From contig JAQFVV010000010.1 of assembly GCA_028023455.1 (NCBI GenBank), positions 6,882,001 through 6,946,000 of the forward strand: a DNA stretch of 64,000 nt. The letters run 5' to 3'. Position 1 is the first letter of the stretch; every line of letters begins with the position of its first letter. The stretch is from Epiperipatus broadwayi. Taxonomy: Eukaryota; Animalia; Onychophora. The notes under the pieces are model-generated. The model had not been told where the DNA came from and made no database searches. It saw only the letters and a list, made by a program, of their open reading frames with translations. Both the position numbers and the translations under genes were made by a program. This document shows, in pieces, positions 26,492-40,559 of the stretch.

Positions 26492-27411
26492 CATTAAGAT
26501 ATTAAAAAAAATAATCAACAAATTTAAGCAAAATAATTTAACAATATTCAAATTATTAATTAAAAAACATGAATAATATAAAGTAATTAAGAAAATAATA
26601 TGTATACACATACCTAAGTATATACATGAAATGCTATATTAAGAATTTGGCAAATAATGGTGAACTATAACCAATTATGATTAAGTAGTATTGCCAGATT
26701 ATAGTACCTTGTTTATTAAATCCAATCTATCCTTTGAAGTTATTCTTATAAGATTTAATATGGCATTATTAAATATATAAAGAAGTATTATTTATGGCTA
26801 ATATTTGTAGAACTATATGCACGCTAATGAAGATGGTAGCCACAATATAGCTAGCTATATTATTTGATATTAGTATATTAGATTTATAAAAATAACTAAT
26901 TTAGATTGACATTATATATATGTGTGTAGGCAGAATAATTTGTATATATTTTTACTTAGCATATTAAGTGTTGGATATGTATGTTAAATTATTGAGTGAG
27001 TATGTGTTTAAAACGTTGTATAATGAATAATAGTTTCTTCTACTTTTCTGGTTAAAATTAGATTGCTTAATTTAGAGTTTTAATAACAGCACAATTAATT
27101 TAATTTTCATATTTTTTTGTAGGTGCTGATATCTCTGACAAGTTTAGATAAATTAATCTTTTTCTAATCATTGCTAAGCAATTATAAATAAGTGGTATTA
27201 TAGTTGAACTTGTTTGCTTAAAACCAGTTTACACATTCATTTCATCTAGATAATGAAACTTAAATGTAACAAGTTTCATTTTTAATATACTTCAAGAAAA
27301 AAATTGTATTAAAACTATTCTGTATCTAAAGATATACAATTATAAATTATAAGATTCAATATTTTGAATAATTTAAAACAATTACATTATATATATATTA
27401 AACAGACCAAT

Positions 27412-27539
27412 TCAAAACAAAACAAAATTCTCCATACAGTAGTGCCATCTTGTGCTGTATGGAGAGTTTTGCTTTGTTTTGAATTGTTTAATAACAATTA
27501 TGTGCTAGTATGAGATAGTGATCATGTGATGTTTAGTGG
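27412..27539. mobile_element. Family B short fold-back with 14-bp TSD
   Basis: Hairpin caaaacaaaattctccatacag...ctgtatggagagttttgctttgttttg plus tail. Direct repeats ttaaacagaccaat at 27398-27411 and 27540-27553. Confidence 0.8.
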
Positions 27540-30085
27540 TTAAACAGACCAATATATTAACATAAATTTCCAAGTAGTTCATTTTAAAGTATTTAATACA
27601 CAAATATTAAAACTAACATAAAAATTAAAAATATCATTAAATTTTAAGATTTACAAGTCAAATGTCCATACTTAAAACCAAAAATGTTGATTTTATATAT
27701 TTTTCCTATTCTTGCACAAACTCAAACTAGTCAATAAATGGGTACATAAAAATGCAATTTTTGAAAAACTTTAATTTCAGAAAGTATTAGTGTACGGGAA
27801 ATTTTCATAGAAGCATTTGCTACTATCGCTAAATATGGAGAAGATGATAACACGTTCTTTTCAGGTGTGTTGATATAAAATTAAGAAATGTTAAATCAGA
27901 ACCAGATCTATAAAACCAGTAAATTTAAGTAATTGAATTTCCATAAGTCATATTTTTATTTTTCTGCCAGTAAATTGAAATTCAAGCAATAAAAAAAAAA
28001 AAATTAGTGAAATCAGTTTCACTATTGGCTTCTAGGTGATATGACCCTACACCAAATGCACACAATATTATCTACTGAAACTAATTTTATTTTGCTATAA
28101 ATTACAGCAATGTAAAAAATATTTTTGTTGAAAAAAAAATCAAAATATAAACAGTCATTTAGTATCTATATTGTAAATAAATAAATATAAATATATCAAT
28201 TACAGTAGTATTCCTATTCACTATAATCCAATCAGAAATTTATCAGTTGGGAAGCATCTATAAGAAGTAAAAAATATTAAAAGTTTGAATAAAACTGCAA
28301 CAAATCTCTGTCACCCATAGTCTATCCTACTGCACTGCACTGACCTGTATCTGCATACAGGAATGTTTTAACAAAAAAAAATTATTTCAAAATTATAAGT
28401 CTTAGAACTTAAATTTATATTTATGTGATGATGAGTTTCGTTTATTTTTGTTATTGCACATGGATATTAAGTGTAATTATATTTTAGCACTTATTTTGAT
28501 TAAACTAGTTTTTGTAATTTTTAAACAATTTTTGTAATTTTTTTTTGCTATGAATGGTATGTGATAGAAATATTTTTTGCTAAAGGATATAAATGAAGCA
28601 AATTAGATTCCATTTTTAAACTAGATTGTATTCATATATATGTATAGAAGAATATAAATGTGAAATCATGGGTGTTAAAAGGAATATAAAATGAAATTTT
28701 TGATTTTAAAATGAAACATTTGAATTTTAAAAAATATTTTTTTTTTTTTAAATTTTATATGCATGTTGTTACTTTTATGTATCAATGTATTAATAATTTT
28801 AGATTAAAGTACATGGAAGTCTACGTTAGAGTGTTGATTAGTTTATTGGGTTTTTTTACAAACTTTTAAATTATTCAAAATACCATAAGTTTCCGATTTA
28901 AAATATGTATTCATAGTGAAGGATTGGTGAAAAAAAAACTTTTGAAAGATTATTTTTTGAAATGATATTTGTTATATTTAAATTTCAAAATAAATTTAAA
29001 AGAATTTGATTTGATTATCAAAATAAATACAAATAAATAAATTATATTAATAGATTAATTAGCCTAGAGACATTTTCATGTTATATCCATGGCAGCATTA
29101 GAAACAATGTTAAAGTAGGAGGGAGATTGTATGTTTTATATATATATATTCAATGAATTTGTTTAATTGTGCATTACAATCACTGTTCACAATGTTACTA
29201 GATTTAGTTATTATTTTATTTATTTAAATTTACATTTATGACGGTTCACATATCTACATTACAGAACAAAACAATATTCAAAAGGTAATTGAATTTTTTC
29301 TAACTACAAAAGAAAAACAGGCCACATATTTAACATTATCAATACGCAAACATCATTTATAAAAGTAATAAACCATTATAAATATAAAAAGATAATATAT
29401 AGCCAATTCAAACAACATTGCTTACAATTAAGCGAACTCTGAATTTTATTTAAAAAACATGCAAAATCCTACTTTAACTGTGCTTTGTAATGTTTTCATG
29501 AATATGAAATAAAAATGTTGAAAGCTGCCTGGAAAATTAGTTTAATCATAAACAATTTATTTATTCCTGTTTAGCTATGTACATGCACATACACATATAT
29601 AAATAAATATATATGACATTCATAAATAAAGTTTGCAAGCAGTTGTAATGTTAAAAAAAACACCATATAATCTTATTTAAAAACTTAATGTTTAAAATTT
29701 AAATTTTCATAAAAATAATCTTTTAAGCCTTAACATTGTGGATAGTGAAAATGACATCTCTAATGATCTGATTTATTTGTTTTCCAATAAAAAAAAAAAC
29801 TTAGTAAGAGCATTAATTAAATCCTTGTGTATAGATCTATGCTATAATGAGCCATGAATCTTTATATAGTTGTTATGAACTTTAAGTCAGCCAGGTATAA
29901 CATGCAGTTAATCTTTTCTTTTACTATTACAGTTCCATTAATCATTAATTTAAAAATTGTTTTCTTTCGTGAACTGGTAATCAAATACTTAAGTTTTTAT
30001 GTGCCTTTATAAGATAAACTTTATAAATATTGTATAATAAATAATTATAACTTTAAATAGAAATAATTGAAATGGAAGTCCTTCT

Positions 30086-30576
30086 ACTGAGTTATGTAAA
30101 TGTCAACACCAACGAAAAGGTAGAACAATACCAATCTATCTTTTAGCTCTTCTGCCATATTTGCTTAATTTTTTGACATAGTGGTGTGCAACTTAAATAA
30201 TCTGAAATCACCACTGAAATATTCAGAGAATCAAGACTAAATCTTAGTTTTAACAATCTCCAAATATCAAATATATACAAAAAATATATATGTGTGCATA
30301 TTTAATACTAACACTTATTAAATATCAAATAAAAATTCAGTTTTATAAATGTAAAAAAATAAACAATCATAACTTTAAATATAAGTTATTGAAACTTATC
30401 AATAACTACAAAAAGATAGAATAATACCAATCTATCTTTTAATTCTGTTGTCATATAAGCTTAATTTTTTGATGTAGTTTTAAACTATATGGTAAATTTT
30501 ATCTATTATTTAGAACTAAAAGGTAGATTGGTATCATTCTATCTTTTAATAGTTATTGATATTTATATAACTCAGT
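30086..30576. repeat. Family D partial tandem + inverted repeat
   Basis: Direct copies at about 30086-30180 and 30398-30470; inverted copy 30512-30576 (clear arms 30398-30446 / 30512-30560). A related rearranged piece lies at about 47100-47200. Confidence 0.7.
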
Positions 30577-30648
30577 GTACACTTACTTCTATTTCAATAT
30601 ATGTGTGTGTGTATGATAATGTATTAATTGTTTAAAAAAATGACTTAC

Positions 30649-30880
30649 TTCCCAATTTTGACAAAGGCATAATGCAATGACATTCTTCCTCGAACATCTT
30701 TAGCAAAAAGATTTGCTCCTTTTTCGATTAAAAAATCTTCAATTTCTGTAGATGAATCTACAGTTCCAGTATTAGCATTTACAGCAAGATGCAATGGTGT
30801 GCGCTGATTAGAATCTACTGCATTGACTTGAGCACCACCATTAACTAGACTTATTAAAATCTCCAAAGGATCTGAACAAC
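30649..30880 (-). CDS. Ankyrin-repeat protein exon
   Basis: Acceptor tactattacag|, donor |gtaagt. 232 nt, phase 1-2: CSDPLEILISLVNGGAQVNAVDSNQRTPLHLAVNANTGTVDSSTEIEDFLIEKGANLFAKDVRGRMSLHYAFVKIG(K); two clear ankyrin repeats. Confidence 0.95.
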
Positions 30881-32459
30881 CTGTAATAGTATCAAATAAT
30901 ATTAGAACAATAAAAAAAAAAACCTGTTACTTAATAACAATTAAATTATTGCAATTATTATATAATATTAATGATTGTAAGATACAATAAAACAATAAAT
31001 GATAAAATATAATAGCTTGTGATAGAGATGAATAATATCTGGTATATAAATATAACAGAATTTGCAGAACATTTCAAACATTTTATTTCTTACTACATTG
31101 ATAATGATGTTAGTTATTATCAATGAATCCAAAGATGATGTACCTTCATTAAGCCTTATCTTGATGTTGTTGCATAAAAGCCTGTGAGAAAATAATATGG
31201 TGAGTTTTATTTATATTTCCATAATATAATCAACGGTAGATAAAAACTTTCCATCTATGCACATTCTTATATGGTATAACATCTTGTCATCATTCACTGA
31301 TGGTCTTAGACCCACTATATAATTTTTCTGATTGATTATGGCTTTGAGATCTGTCCAATTAGAAAACTTTTATCAATGAGATAGATTCCATTTTAAATAC
31401 CAGTTTATTTTTCTCCCATTCCCAGTATAAAAATATTTTAACTTTTTAGTCAAACAATTAAGTCCATCCAACAATAAATAATAAAGTATGCCAAAATTTA
31501 GTTTGTCAATCAAGTTAATCTCACTTTGTATCTCTGTTTAAAACTTATAATGTACAAAAAATGAAAGAATAGTGTGGATTGGCTATATTATGGGCTGAAG
31601 ATGATAGAATTGCTTTGAAAATTCTTCTGAAGCAAGTACTCCTTTCCCTCAAACATTTATTAAAAATAGCAAATATAAAAAAGCTGATCAAACAACAGAT
31701 AATCAATATTAAAATTTAGAGTTATACATTTAAACTGATATAATATTAAAAGAATAAAACAGCAAGAAATTCAATTTAACATAAAATTCATTTAGTTTAA
31801 AGTAAATATAATTTTGCATTTATTTTCATTAAAATATTTCAAAAAGTAGTGTTCAATATTTATCTGTCAATCGATTAATAACAAATCAAATACTTTCTAA
31901 TCTTGCTAGCCTTGCACTAAAAACTTGTTTAGCAACTATAATAATAATAATATGCCGAGATGGTAATGTGTCTCATAGCATACAGAAACATAGTAGTGTG
32001 TGTGCACATATAAACACAAACAAAATTTTTTGTAGATATTTATTATATTACACTGGAATAACAGTTAAGAGTTAAATAATAATTTTGAATTTAAAAAATT
32101 ATTATAAATTAAACATTTAAAAAAGTCTATTTAATGTTTTATTCTGATTTTGATAATTAAAAAAGAAATCTAAAAATAGGAGAAAAAAAATCTTGTTTTA
32201 TGGTACAATAGATATACTGGTAATTATAAAATTTCCCTATCTATTTTTAAGTAGATTAAGAAAGTTGTTTTTTTTTTAATTAAAGCTTGTATAATATATT
32301 TTGATAAAATTTAGTATACTATACTCTGATATAGTTTAAAGGATTAAAAAAAACTTTTAGATAAAAATCAAGTCTTAATTGAGGTGAATTGAAGAGTTAT
32401 TAACTTTTTTTTTAAGATAAAAAAAGAAATTTACTTAATTATTGTTTTAAAATTCATGA

Positions 32460-33950
32460 TACGGTATAAAAAGGTGGAGAAAAGGGGACATTGCAACAAT
32501 ATATAGCATTATTTATAAAGTTATAAGTGAAGGTAGAGTACAAGTCAGCTGCTACATCTGGTATTGACATCATAGGTTTGAATTCAAATGGAAGTAATGT
32601 CCCAGTTTTTTGTGGTTCATAGCCCATATTATGTACTAGATGGTTTGCTTGCCTGTAGTCTATCAAATAGTGTCAACAGTTATCTGATGTATACCTTTCC
32701 TGAAAATGTCAATAGGCCAGTCTACTGTTTTAGAATAGGCCAGCTTCCTGAAAAAAGTTTCATGCTATAATGTATACATAAGCAGTTTATCAATATGCAA
32801 AGGAGCACAAATGTATAATTACTGCTGGTCATATAAAGATTGTTCATGCTGATATTTATTTCATGAAGGATGATATCAAGCACTGATGGAAGAAGTTAGC
32901 CGGTTTTAAAAGTAAATAATTTTGAATAAATTATTCAACTAAAAATAAAACAAGTAAAAAAATATTAAATGGAGTTGTTCCCATTGTTATTTATAATGAT
33001 GTTTCCAGCTTTATTTTATTAAAAAAAAAGTAGACTTGGAAATCTTATTGTAAATGAAGAAACAAAAAGCCAAAGGGTTTTTTAAAAAAACTTTCCACAT
33101 TAGATCTAACAATAACATTTTTTTTAAAAGAAAAAACTTTTACCTATCATTAGAAATAATAAATTAATTAATAACTTTGATTAGTAGGGGGGATAATAAT
33201 AATAATACCCATATACATGTGCAGTTTATGTATATTTTCAACATCAAGTTAATTTTATTGTAAAAATATATGGATTTAATAAGCTTATTTTTTTAAAAAT
33301 GCCAGTATGCGCACACAAATTTGAATGGGTACCCATACATATATATTAAAATCAGTCATTAACTACATATATGGCAAGATTAATTATTATGTATTATAAA
33401 AATGAATTTTTATTATTGGTTTATGACAATTCAAAGATGTTAATTTTAAATCATTATATACACATCTGAGTATGTAAATTACAATGTAATAACATTTTTT
33501 TTAAATATTATTTTAATCAAAATCAGAATGATGTATTCACCTGTATAGCGTAACCTACAGACCTTTCATTTATTGTAATTGTTTCTATTCAAGAAATTGA
33601 AATGTCATTGTTTAAGTTATTCCAGTGAATTTAATCAATCCTAAAATAGGTCTAGAATATTATGGTCTAGAATATTATATGTTGGTATTATCTCTTCCTC
33701 ATAGTAACAGTTATAGAGCTCTTGCTCTCTGAGCTGGATTTGTGCATAACGGTCAGTTATTTGGATTGGGGTTTATGTTTACTGTTAAGGCCATCCAGTT
33801 GATGATGATTTCATTACTTGCTCTAATGCTATATGGCACAAAGGTATATCCTTTAAAGTCCATGCACTAAATTTTATTTTAGTATTAATTAGAAATTAAG
33901 TTTGTAGTTGGCCAGTACATTAATGGTACTAAATGGCCAGGGCATTAATG
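32460..33950 (-). mobile_element. Possible decayed LINE APE endonuclease, split by AT-rich sequence
   Basis: Reverse complement has DFKGYTF near 33850 and HYLIDY...VAADLYSTF (IDY...SDH.P-like) near 32530-32670; weak similarity judged by eye. Confidence 0.3.
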
Positions 33951-34600
33951 ATGATTAGCATGTTTCTGTATCCCAGTATTATTATTTTTAATTGTTATAT
34001 TCTGATGAATTAGCACTTAAGTTTGTGCATTCAAATTATTATTTATATAATCAGTTCCAAGTTTGCAAGGGCTAAATAATTAGCCTAGTCTATAGAGGAC
34101 AACTTTCAATTCCAGTCACAAGGATGACTGGTGATTTTTTTTGATCACATGATGATGAATGATTATTCTTCTTCTCTGTAATGCTGGTGAACTTTCAGTT
34201 AGTCTTTGTTTCTGCTGATATCTCATGCTCATATTCATTATATTCTTATATTTAAATCTGATTTATTAATTGGGCATGATGATGATAATTTGCCATCACT
34301 CCTGATTCATCCCAGGTAACTTTGTACCATTATGATGTATATCATAAACTTGAAACATGTGCTTGAATTTATTATTACATATAAAACAAAATACAAAAGA
34401 ATACAAATTTATTCCATCTAAATAACACATGAATAATAGTAATAAATATAAAAATAAATTAAATACTATAAAAATTACATTTAAAGAACAGTTTGAAAAT
34501 ACAATTCACTGTTTTGAGATAATGACTTTTGTCATTTTATAATATTCAATAAGAAATTTGAATTAATATGACTTCCATTTCGTTATCCTTACACAAGTTA

Positions 34601-34794
34601 TTAAAACAGTAGCAAACTCTCCTCACAGTAGTGCAACCCAATGTAAGCTATAGTAATCAATGGATGCTAGAAGGTTTATTTAATGATGAGTAGCAAATAG
34701 ATAGGCATTTTAGACCCAAATCTTCTTGCATCCATCGATTACTATGGCTTGCACTGGGTGGCACTACTGCATGGAGAGTTTGCTACTGCTTTAA
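34601..34794. repeat. Family B fold-back
   Basis: Arms ttaaaacagtagcaaactctcc...ggatgctagaag and cttcttgcatcc...ggagagtttgctactgctttaa, with a spacer of about 50 nt. Confidence 0.85.
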
Positions 34795-35089
34795 AAGCTT
34801 GAGTTTAATTTGAAAAGTTATTAATTTGTTAGTGTTAGATTTAATATCCATAAACTAAAATCATAAACCTAAACATTCAACAATTTGCATATCATTTCTT
34901 TGATTCAAATTTGTGATACAATATTAAAACTAGCTCCTAATGATTATGATGTTGAAAAAAATATAAGAAATTCTTTATGATGCAGGATATTAGAATTTTT
35001 TTTGTGTGTAATCAAAACTTTTGATAAGAATTATTAAAATTTAGTTCAATTTAATATCATTTTATAGCCTAATAAATTATTTCTATACA

Positions 35090-35230
35090 AAACATTCACT
35101 AACACTTTCAGTATTTACATATGGATTTATTATCCCATCTGGTACCTCCAAATTAAAATGTTCTTCAAATCTTTCCACCATATCATCAGGCAGCTTTGAA
35201 AATGATTCAGAAAAATCAGCAGAGTGTCAT
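35090..35230 (-). pseudogene. Probable hAT transposase C-terminal remnant
   Basis: Reverse complement reads SFSKLPDDMVERFEEHFNLEVPDGIINPYVNTES, resembling by eye the ..ERF.D....IP.W..NPF region of Buster/Charlie-type transposases. Confidence 0.45.
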
Positions 35231-35658
35231 CAGTTGTTTCATTTTATGTTATATATCTAATAAATTTTAAAAAATGATACAATTCACATGGTACTATGTT
35301 GCATTTAAAAAGTATTAATTTCAATATAAATGTTGATATTCAAATCGTCACTATAAACAAGAGTTCTGTTTTTATCACATTGTAATTGTAGATTTATTCC
35401 AGTGAATTTAGAAAAAAAATCTGATAAGTATGTTAAATCAGTCTATATAAATAAACAAGTCAAAGACTGTCAGATAGATTCCCAGATAAAAAAATAAAAA
35501 AAATATTTTCTCAATTGAATGATTGGCTGAGCTTAGCTTGTCAAATTAGTACTCAGATGATGTCATTGACATCTATGAGAAAATGACATGATTATTTAAA
35601 TATAAATAAATAACTGGATGCCTTGTGAAATTTAGTTTAGTGATAGAATGGTATAGAG

Positions 35659-36360
35659 CAGTGATCTTCAACTTTTTCACACTTGCAGACAAGCAAAAAT
35701 AAGGATAAGATTTCGTGGACCTGACCAAAACAGCCCACTAGTTACTGTGTATTGTAATGGTGTTGCTTACCTTCACATGCTGAACACTCTTTCTCGAATT
35801 GCGCAGTCATACTGCTACAGAAAACAGTACAATAACAATCATTCTCATTAGTGTGCTTGCATTTCTATGTTTATTATTTCATTGTTAAAACATGCAAGAA
35901 TAAAATGTTATTCACCTGAATGTTGGGAAATATCACAGCTAGTGTAATTACATGACAATGATTATGATAAATGTAATATCTGTACTTAATGTTAAATATA
36001 CAAGATAAAGTTATTTATATATATATGGAGTTTGTATAATAAAAAACTTTTTTTTTTAATTTTGAATTTTTTTTAAAAATTAATTCTACCCCCCCCCCCT
36101 CCTTCCCCATAAATATCTGTGATAAATAGAAAACAAATTAATTTATGTATGACTGATTAGATTTTGTTTTCCTTCTGTTTCTTTTTTTTAAATCGGATAA
36201 ATATGCGATGAAAAAATAAATAAAAATTGTTTATATTAATTAAAAGTTTAAAATCTTATTATATTGTTATTACAAACTTTCCTGCCAGTCTAGTGCGCAG
36301 ACCGGCAAAAAACTTCTGCGGTCCGGCGCCGGTCCATGGACTGGGGGTTGAAGACCACTG
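35659..36360. mobile_element. hAT (Charlie-type) MITE
   Basis: TIR CAGTGATCTTCAAC / GTTGAAGACCACTG; 8-bp TSD gtatagag on both sides. Confidence 0.92.
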
Positions 36361-36601
36361 GTATAGAGGACTGAAAAATTAGATTTGTGGATAACTTTCA
36401 GTAAATATATATATATACGGTAGTAAAAAATATGATTTGGTTAAATGAATAGAGCTAATGTCAAGTGATCAGTCAGCAATCTGCTATTTGGGTGGTTAAC
36501 TCTCACATTATTTCTTAGACAATTGATTTTATGATTATCACTATAATAAAGAGGATGTTATTTACTCACATATTAGAATATGTATTCATATATATGTAAA
36601 A

Positions 36602-36864
36602 ATATCACAGACCACTTTTGTTCCATGTACATTATTCAGAACTACTTTGCAAACAGACTCATAATAAGTCATTTTAATAAACTTGCAAATACAATTTTCC
36701 TTTTCATTTATCAATGCCCATATGAGTTTGACAAAAAGAGAATGAATGGCATCAATAAATGAAAAGAAAAATTGTATTTGCAAGTTTATTAAAATAACTT
36801 GTTAGGAATCTATCTGCAAAATAGTTCTGAATAATGTATTTGGAATGAGAGTGTTCTGTGATAT
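36602..36864. repeat. Imperfect inverted repeat (about 115-bp arms)
   Basis: atatcacaga...ttttaataaacttgcaaatacaatttt...tttatcaatgcc versus ggcatcaataaatgaaaag...aaaattgtatttgcaagtttattaaaa...tctgtgatat. Explains the mirror ORFs 36580+/36586-. Confidence 0.85.
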
Positions 36865-38549
36865 GATTATAATCTTAAATGTTATATATTAAAGCAGTAG
36901 TAAAAGTTATTTATGTGCTGTTAAAATTAGTAGCATAAATATATATTTAAAAAAATAAATTTTTAAAAATTATAGTTTGTGGATAAAAAAAAATTTAAAC
37001 CAGTGTATTTTTTTCATATATGTACATATATAAAATATATCAAAAAGAAAAGAAATATTTTATTTAGATCTTCCATTTTTATTTAAAAATTGAAAAGTAA
37101 TTGTCCTAAAGAGAGCATGTTATCAAAAAAAAAAAAAAAAAATGAATGTAATCTATATAACAAAACAAAAATCCTAAAAAAATGTAAAAATTCTGTTAGT
37201 ATAAAACTGGCTCCATCCATTGCTCTGGCAATTATGTTATAAGTGGAACTTCTTTGGCTTTAAAAATTGGTAACATAAAGTAATTACTGACCTTTTATAC
37301 CCAATTTCGAATATTTTGTGAATAATTCATCAACTTTTCCTGTTTTATAAATCATATATATGCAAATAGTAAAGATTCTTTATCTGGCAACACTGATTCA
37401 TCTAAATTTAATGTAAATTCCATTCTTTGTAAAATGTTATTTATTTTTCCGTGGTTTTGATCATTTTACTTATTCAGCTTTGAACTGTATCATTACTAAG
37501 CAGGATGGATTTTATTAATAATTATTTCAAAAATTGCAAATACAATTAAATTTTTGCCAATTGAGTGTGATTTTCCTGTTTTGGAAATTGCAATGAAATA
37601 TTATAGAAGGAGCAAAACTACCATTATTTTGGTGTGAAGAGCACACAACTGTGTTTGATAATGGCGATCATTACAAATTTGCAATGAAGATTTTGAAAGT
37701 AAATTATTATTTGTGTTATTTAAATGAATCTTTTTTTAATGTTCTAGTAATCAAGAAAACTGCTTTATTTGAAAATGTTTTTTTAAAATAAAGCACATTG
37801 ATACTTGTATAAAAACATATTTCAAATTTTGTTAATTTGAAATAACTCTTCTTAAAAAAAAAATTATTACCGAGAGCTTAAATGCATTTACCACAATAAA
37901 TTAATGAAGTTATATATCAGTATGTAATATTTTTAAATAATAAATATATAAACGTGAATTAAACAAATTATATTTTCTTGCTTGAGATGCAATAACATTC
38001 AGTGACAGTAGGATTAAAGAAAACTATTTTAACTGCTGATTGATATAAACTTAAAGCACAGTAAAATTGTCAAATAATTAGCTTCAAAAACTTACTTCTA
38101 TTCATTTATAACAATCTAATATTGTATGACCCAAATGATTTGTAATCATTTATCTAATTTACAGGCAGCCAATAAATATCAGCCTACTATTTACTACAGT
38201 ATACAAGAAAATTATATTACAAAGCAACAAATATTCAAAGAAACTATACATTTTGGAATACACATTTTTTAGTCCAACTAAGGTCTATAGACAGCTTGAC
38301 TACATCATTTTTCTTATCCTACATAAGTGCTAAAATCATTCTATTCAAGCAATCTTAACATCCCAACTTTTCTACCGACATTATATTTTGTCTTAGAAAA
38401 AAATTAAATGCATTATATCCTTATGTAAATAACGTGTGTCTTCTTATATTTGAGAAAATTAATGAAAAACTTTTGCAAAAATAAATTTAAAAAAAAAATA
38501 CCTAAATGAACTTATTCTAACAAAATTATCTACTTCATATTATGCAATA

Positions 38550-39500
38550 ACAAATCACAGTGCCTCTCAAGATATTCCATTAATATAACAATTGATCTTA
38601 TTTACCAAAGAGAATAAACTTACAGATTACATTGCATGCCAAGACAATTTTAATGCTGCTTTTGATCTAGTCAATTGAAAAATAATTATTCATCATACTG
38701 TACAAACCTTTGCCTGAATATAGTTATCTGGCAATAGCTATGCAGAATTATATGCATCTATCTACATCTTTCAAATCTAGTCTTGGCATTCCACAGAACT
38801 CACCACTTGCATTGTTGTTATTTGCAATTTATATATGTTCTCTGATTAAGGAAATTCAACAATGCATTGAAAGTGCTTTCTTCCTTATCTCGGAACTACA
38901 ATTACATCCTTCATTGACAATGTCTTGATAATCTTCAGAGGGCTTTAAAACATTTCACTTATTTTGCATATTTTAAATCAATTCTAAAAGTTCCACAATA
39001 CAAGTTTGTAATTATCTAGGTGGCATTTACTTCTGGGTCATAAACTACCATCATTCTTTGCAGATCTTTCTCAAGATTCCAAACAACCTGTCTAAAATGC
39101 AATTATGTCATCACTTGAACAAAGTCATCTAAAATACATGTAGTATGAAAATGAAAGCATTCTACTTTAAAATGTTTTATCCTATTGTGTAAATTTGCAT
39201 AGTGAATGTTATTCTCAGAAGAATGCTTGCCTACTATAGTCTTGAATAAGGCTATTTAACACTACTCATCATACGCATATGTCTGTAATAATAGTATATG
39301 TCAGGAGCTCATCTTATCACTTAGAACTGCATGCTTTGTCATCTCTAAATGAATCTTCATTTTTATGTGTTCTAAATCATTTGTAATTTATATAAGGGCC
39401 AAAACATATACCGTGACTCTTATAAACCCAATTCTTAAGTGTCCCTCCCCCCAATGCTTGTTTCACTTCCATATGTCAGCTGACTTTTTTTCACAAATCA
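38550..39500 (+). mobile_element. Decayed LINE RT (CR1/L2/Jockey-like)
   Basis: DNFNAAFDLV (AFD motif) and SSLGIPQNSPLALLLFAIYI (GVPQGS.LGP.LF.IY motif). Confidence 0.65.
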
Positions 39501-40559
39501 TGCCTTTGGGCATGCTGATCTATTAGACCTGTATAATATCAAATCTCTTGTTGACATATCATTTGAGATTTAAAGAAGATAACTTATTCATTCAGACTTC
39601 TATTAACAATCTTACTGATTGCTAAAATTTTAATCAATTTCCCAAACCTTGGGGTTCCTCAGAATATCTCTTTGATCTTATTACAAGGTACAATTCCAAC
39701 CCAAAATTTGTCAATGACTTATTCAAGTTAAATCTTAAATGCACATGTGACTTGTCCAATAATTATCCAAAAGAAATGCTATATCTTTTTCAAATCTGCT
39801 CATATTTTTCATCTTTATGTTTAATAAATACATAATCAACTTCAAGCAACTGCTTTAAAAATATGTGAAATACTTTCATCCCTATAATGCATCTGTGACT
39901 TTTTTCCCACACTAAAATCATGTAGCTTGCAGGCTGTTACCATGATATTTGACAAATAGAAATATAATGTACTAAGAAAAAATAGCAAAGAATGGTTCAA
40001 CTCGTACTTTCTCAAATTCTTATCCTGGAATAATATACACAAAACTTGATAGTCTACAATTTTTTTTATGTATAGCTTCAACTTTTATTATTATTATTAT
40101 CTGTCATTCTTGGAAATAATTAGAAATTAGCTAAACATTCAATCTATGAACTGCTGACTGAGTACTCTTAACTTGTACTTTGTACATATGTTAATATTCG
40201 TAAATAATAAGTTATCAATAATAAAAAACAAAATACTATTATGTGATTCCATTACATCTAATCATTCCATATCATCTTTTTAGGGCCTAACACACCCTCC
40301 TCTCCCTTATTTGGAATCTAATGCTGCTTTAATGTCTTGACTGTTCCCCAAAGGGCATTAGCTTTCACAGTAAAAATTGATGATTCACAATAAACATACA
40401 CTTCTGTCTATATTTAATGAGTAATCATTAGACAAAAAAAATACATTTTATTATTACTTCAATGTAGCTTTATGAAGAAGAACTTATTTATTATTATTAG
40501 AGATTGTCATTTCAATACTGACTCAAACAGATATCATGATTGATATTTCCTGAGAATCA

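Noticed and set aside
26378-26611. 77-aa ORF with a repeated RWRAP motif
   Set aside because: The repeats are the subterminal motifs of the hAT MITE 26089-26491.
36580-36783. Two similar ORFs on opposite strands
   Set aside because: Artefact of the 36602-36864 inverted repeat.
37607-37698. Plus-strand exon candidate (GAKLPLFWCEEHTTVFDNGDHYK...) in phase with 27781-27864
   Set aside because: The acceptor lacks a polypyrimidine tract and another frame looks equally protein-like; insufficient support.
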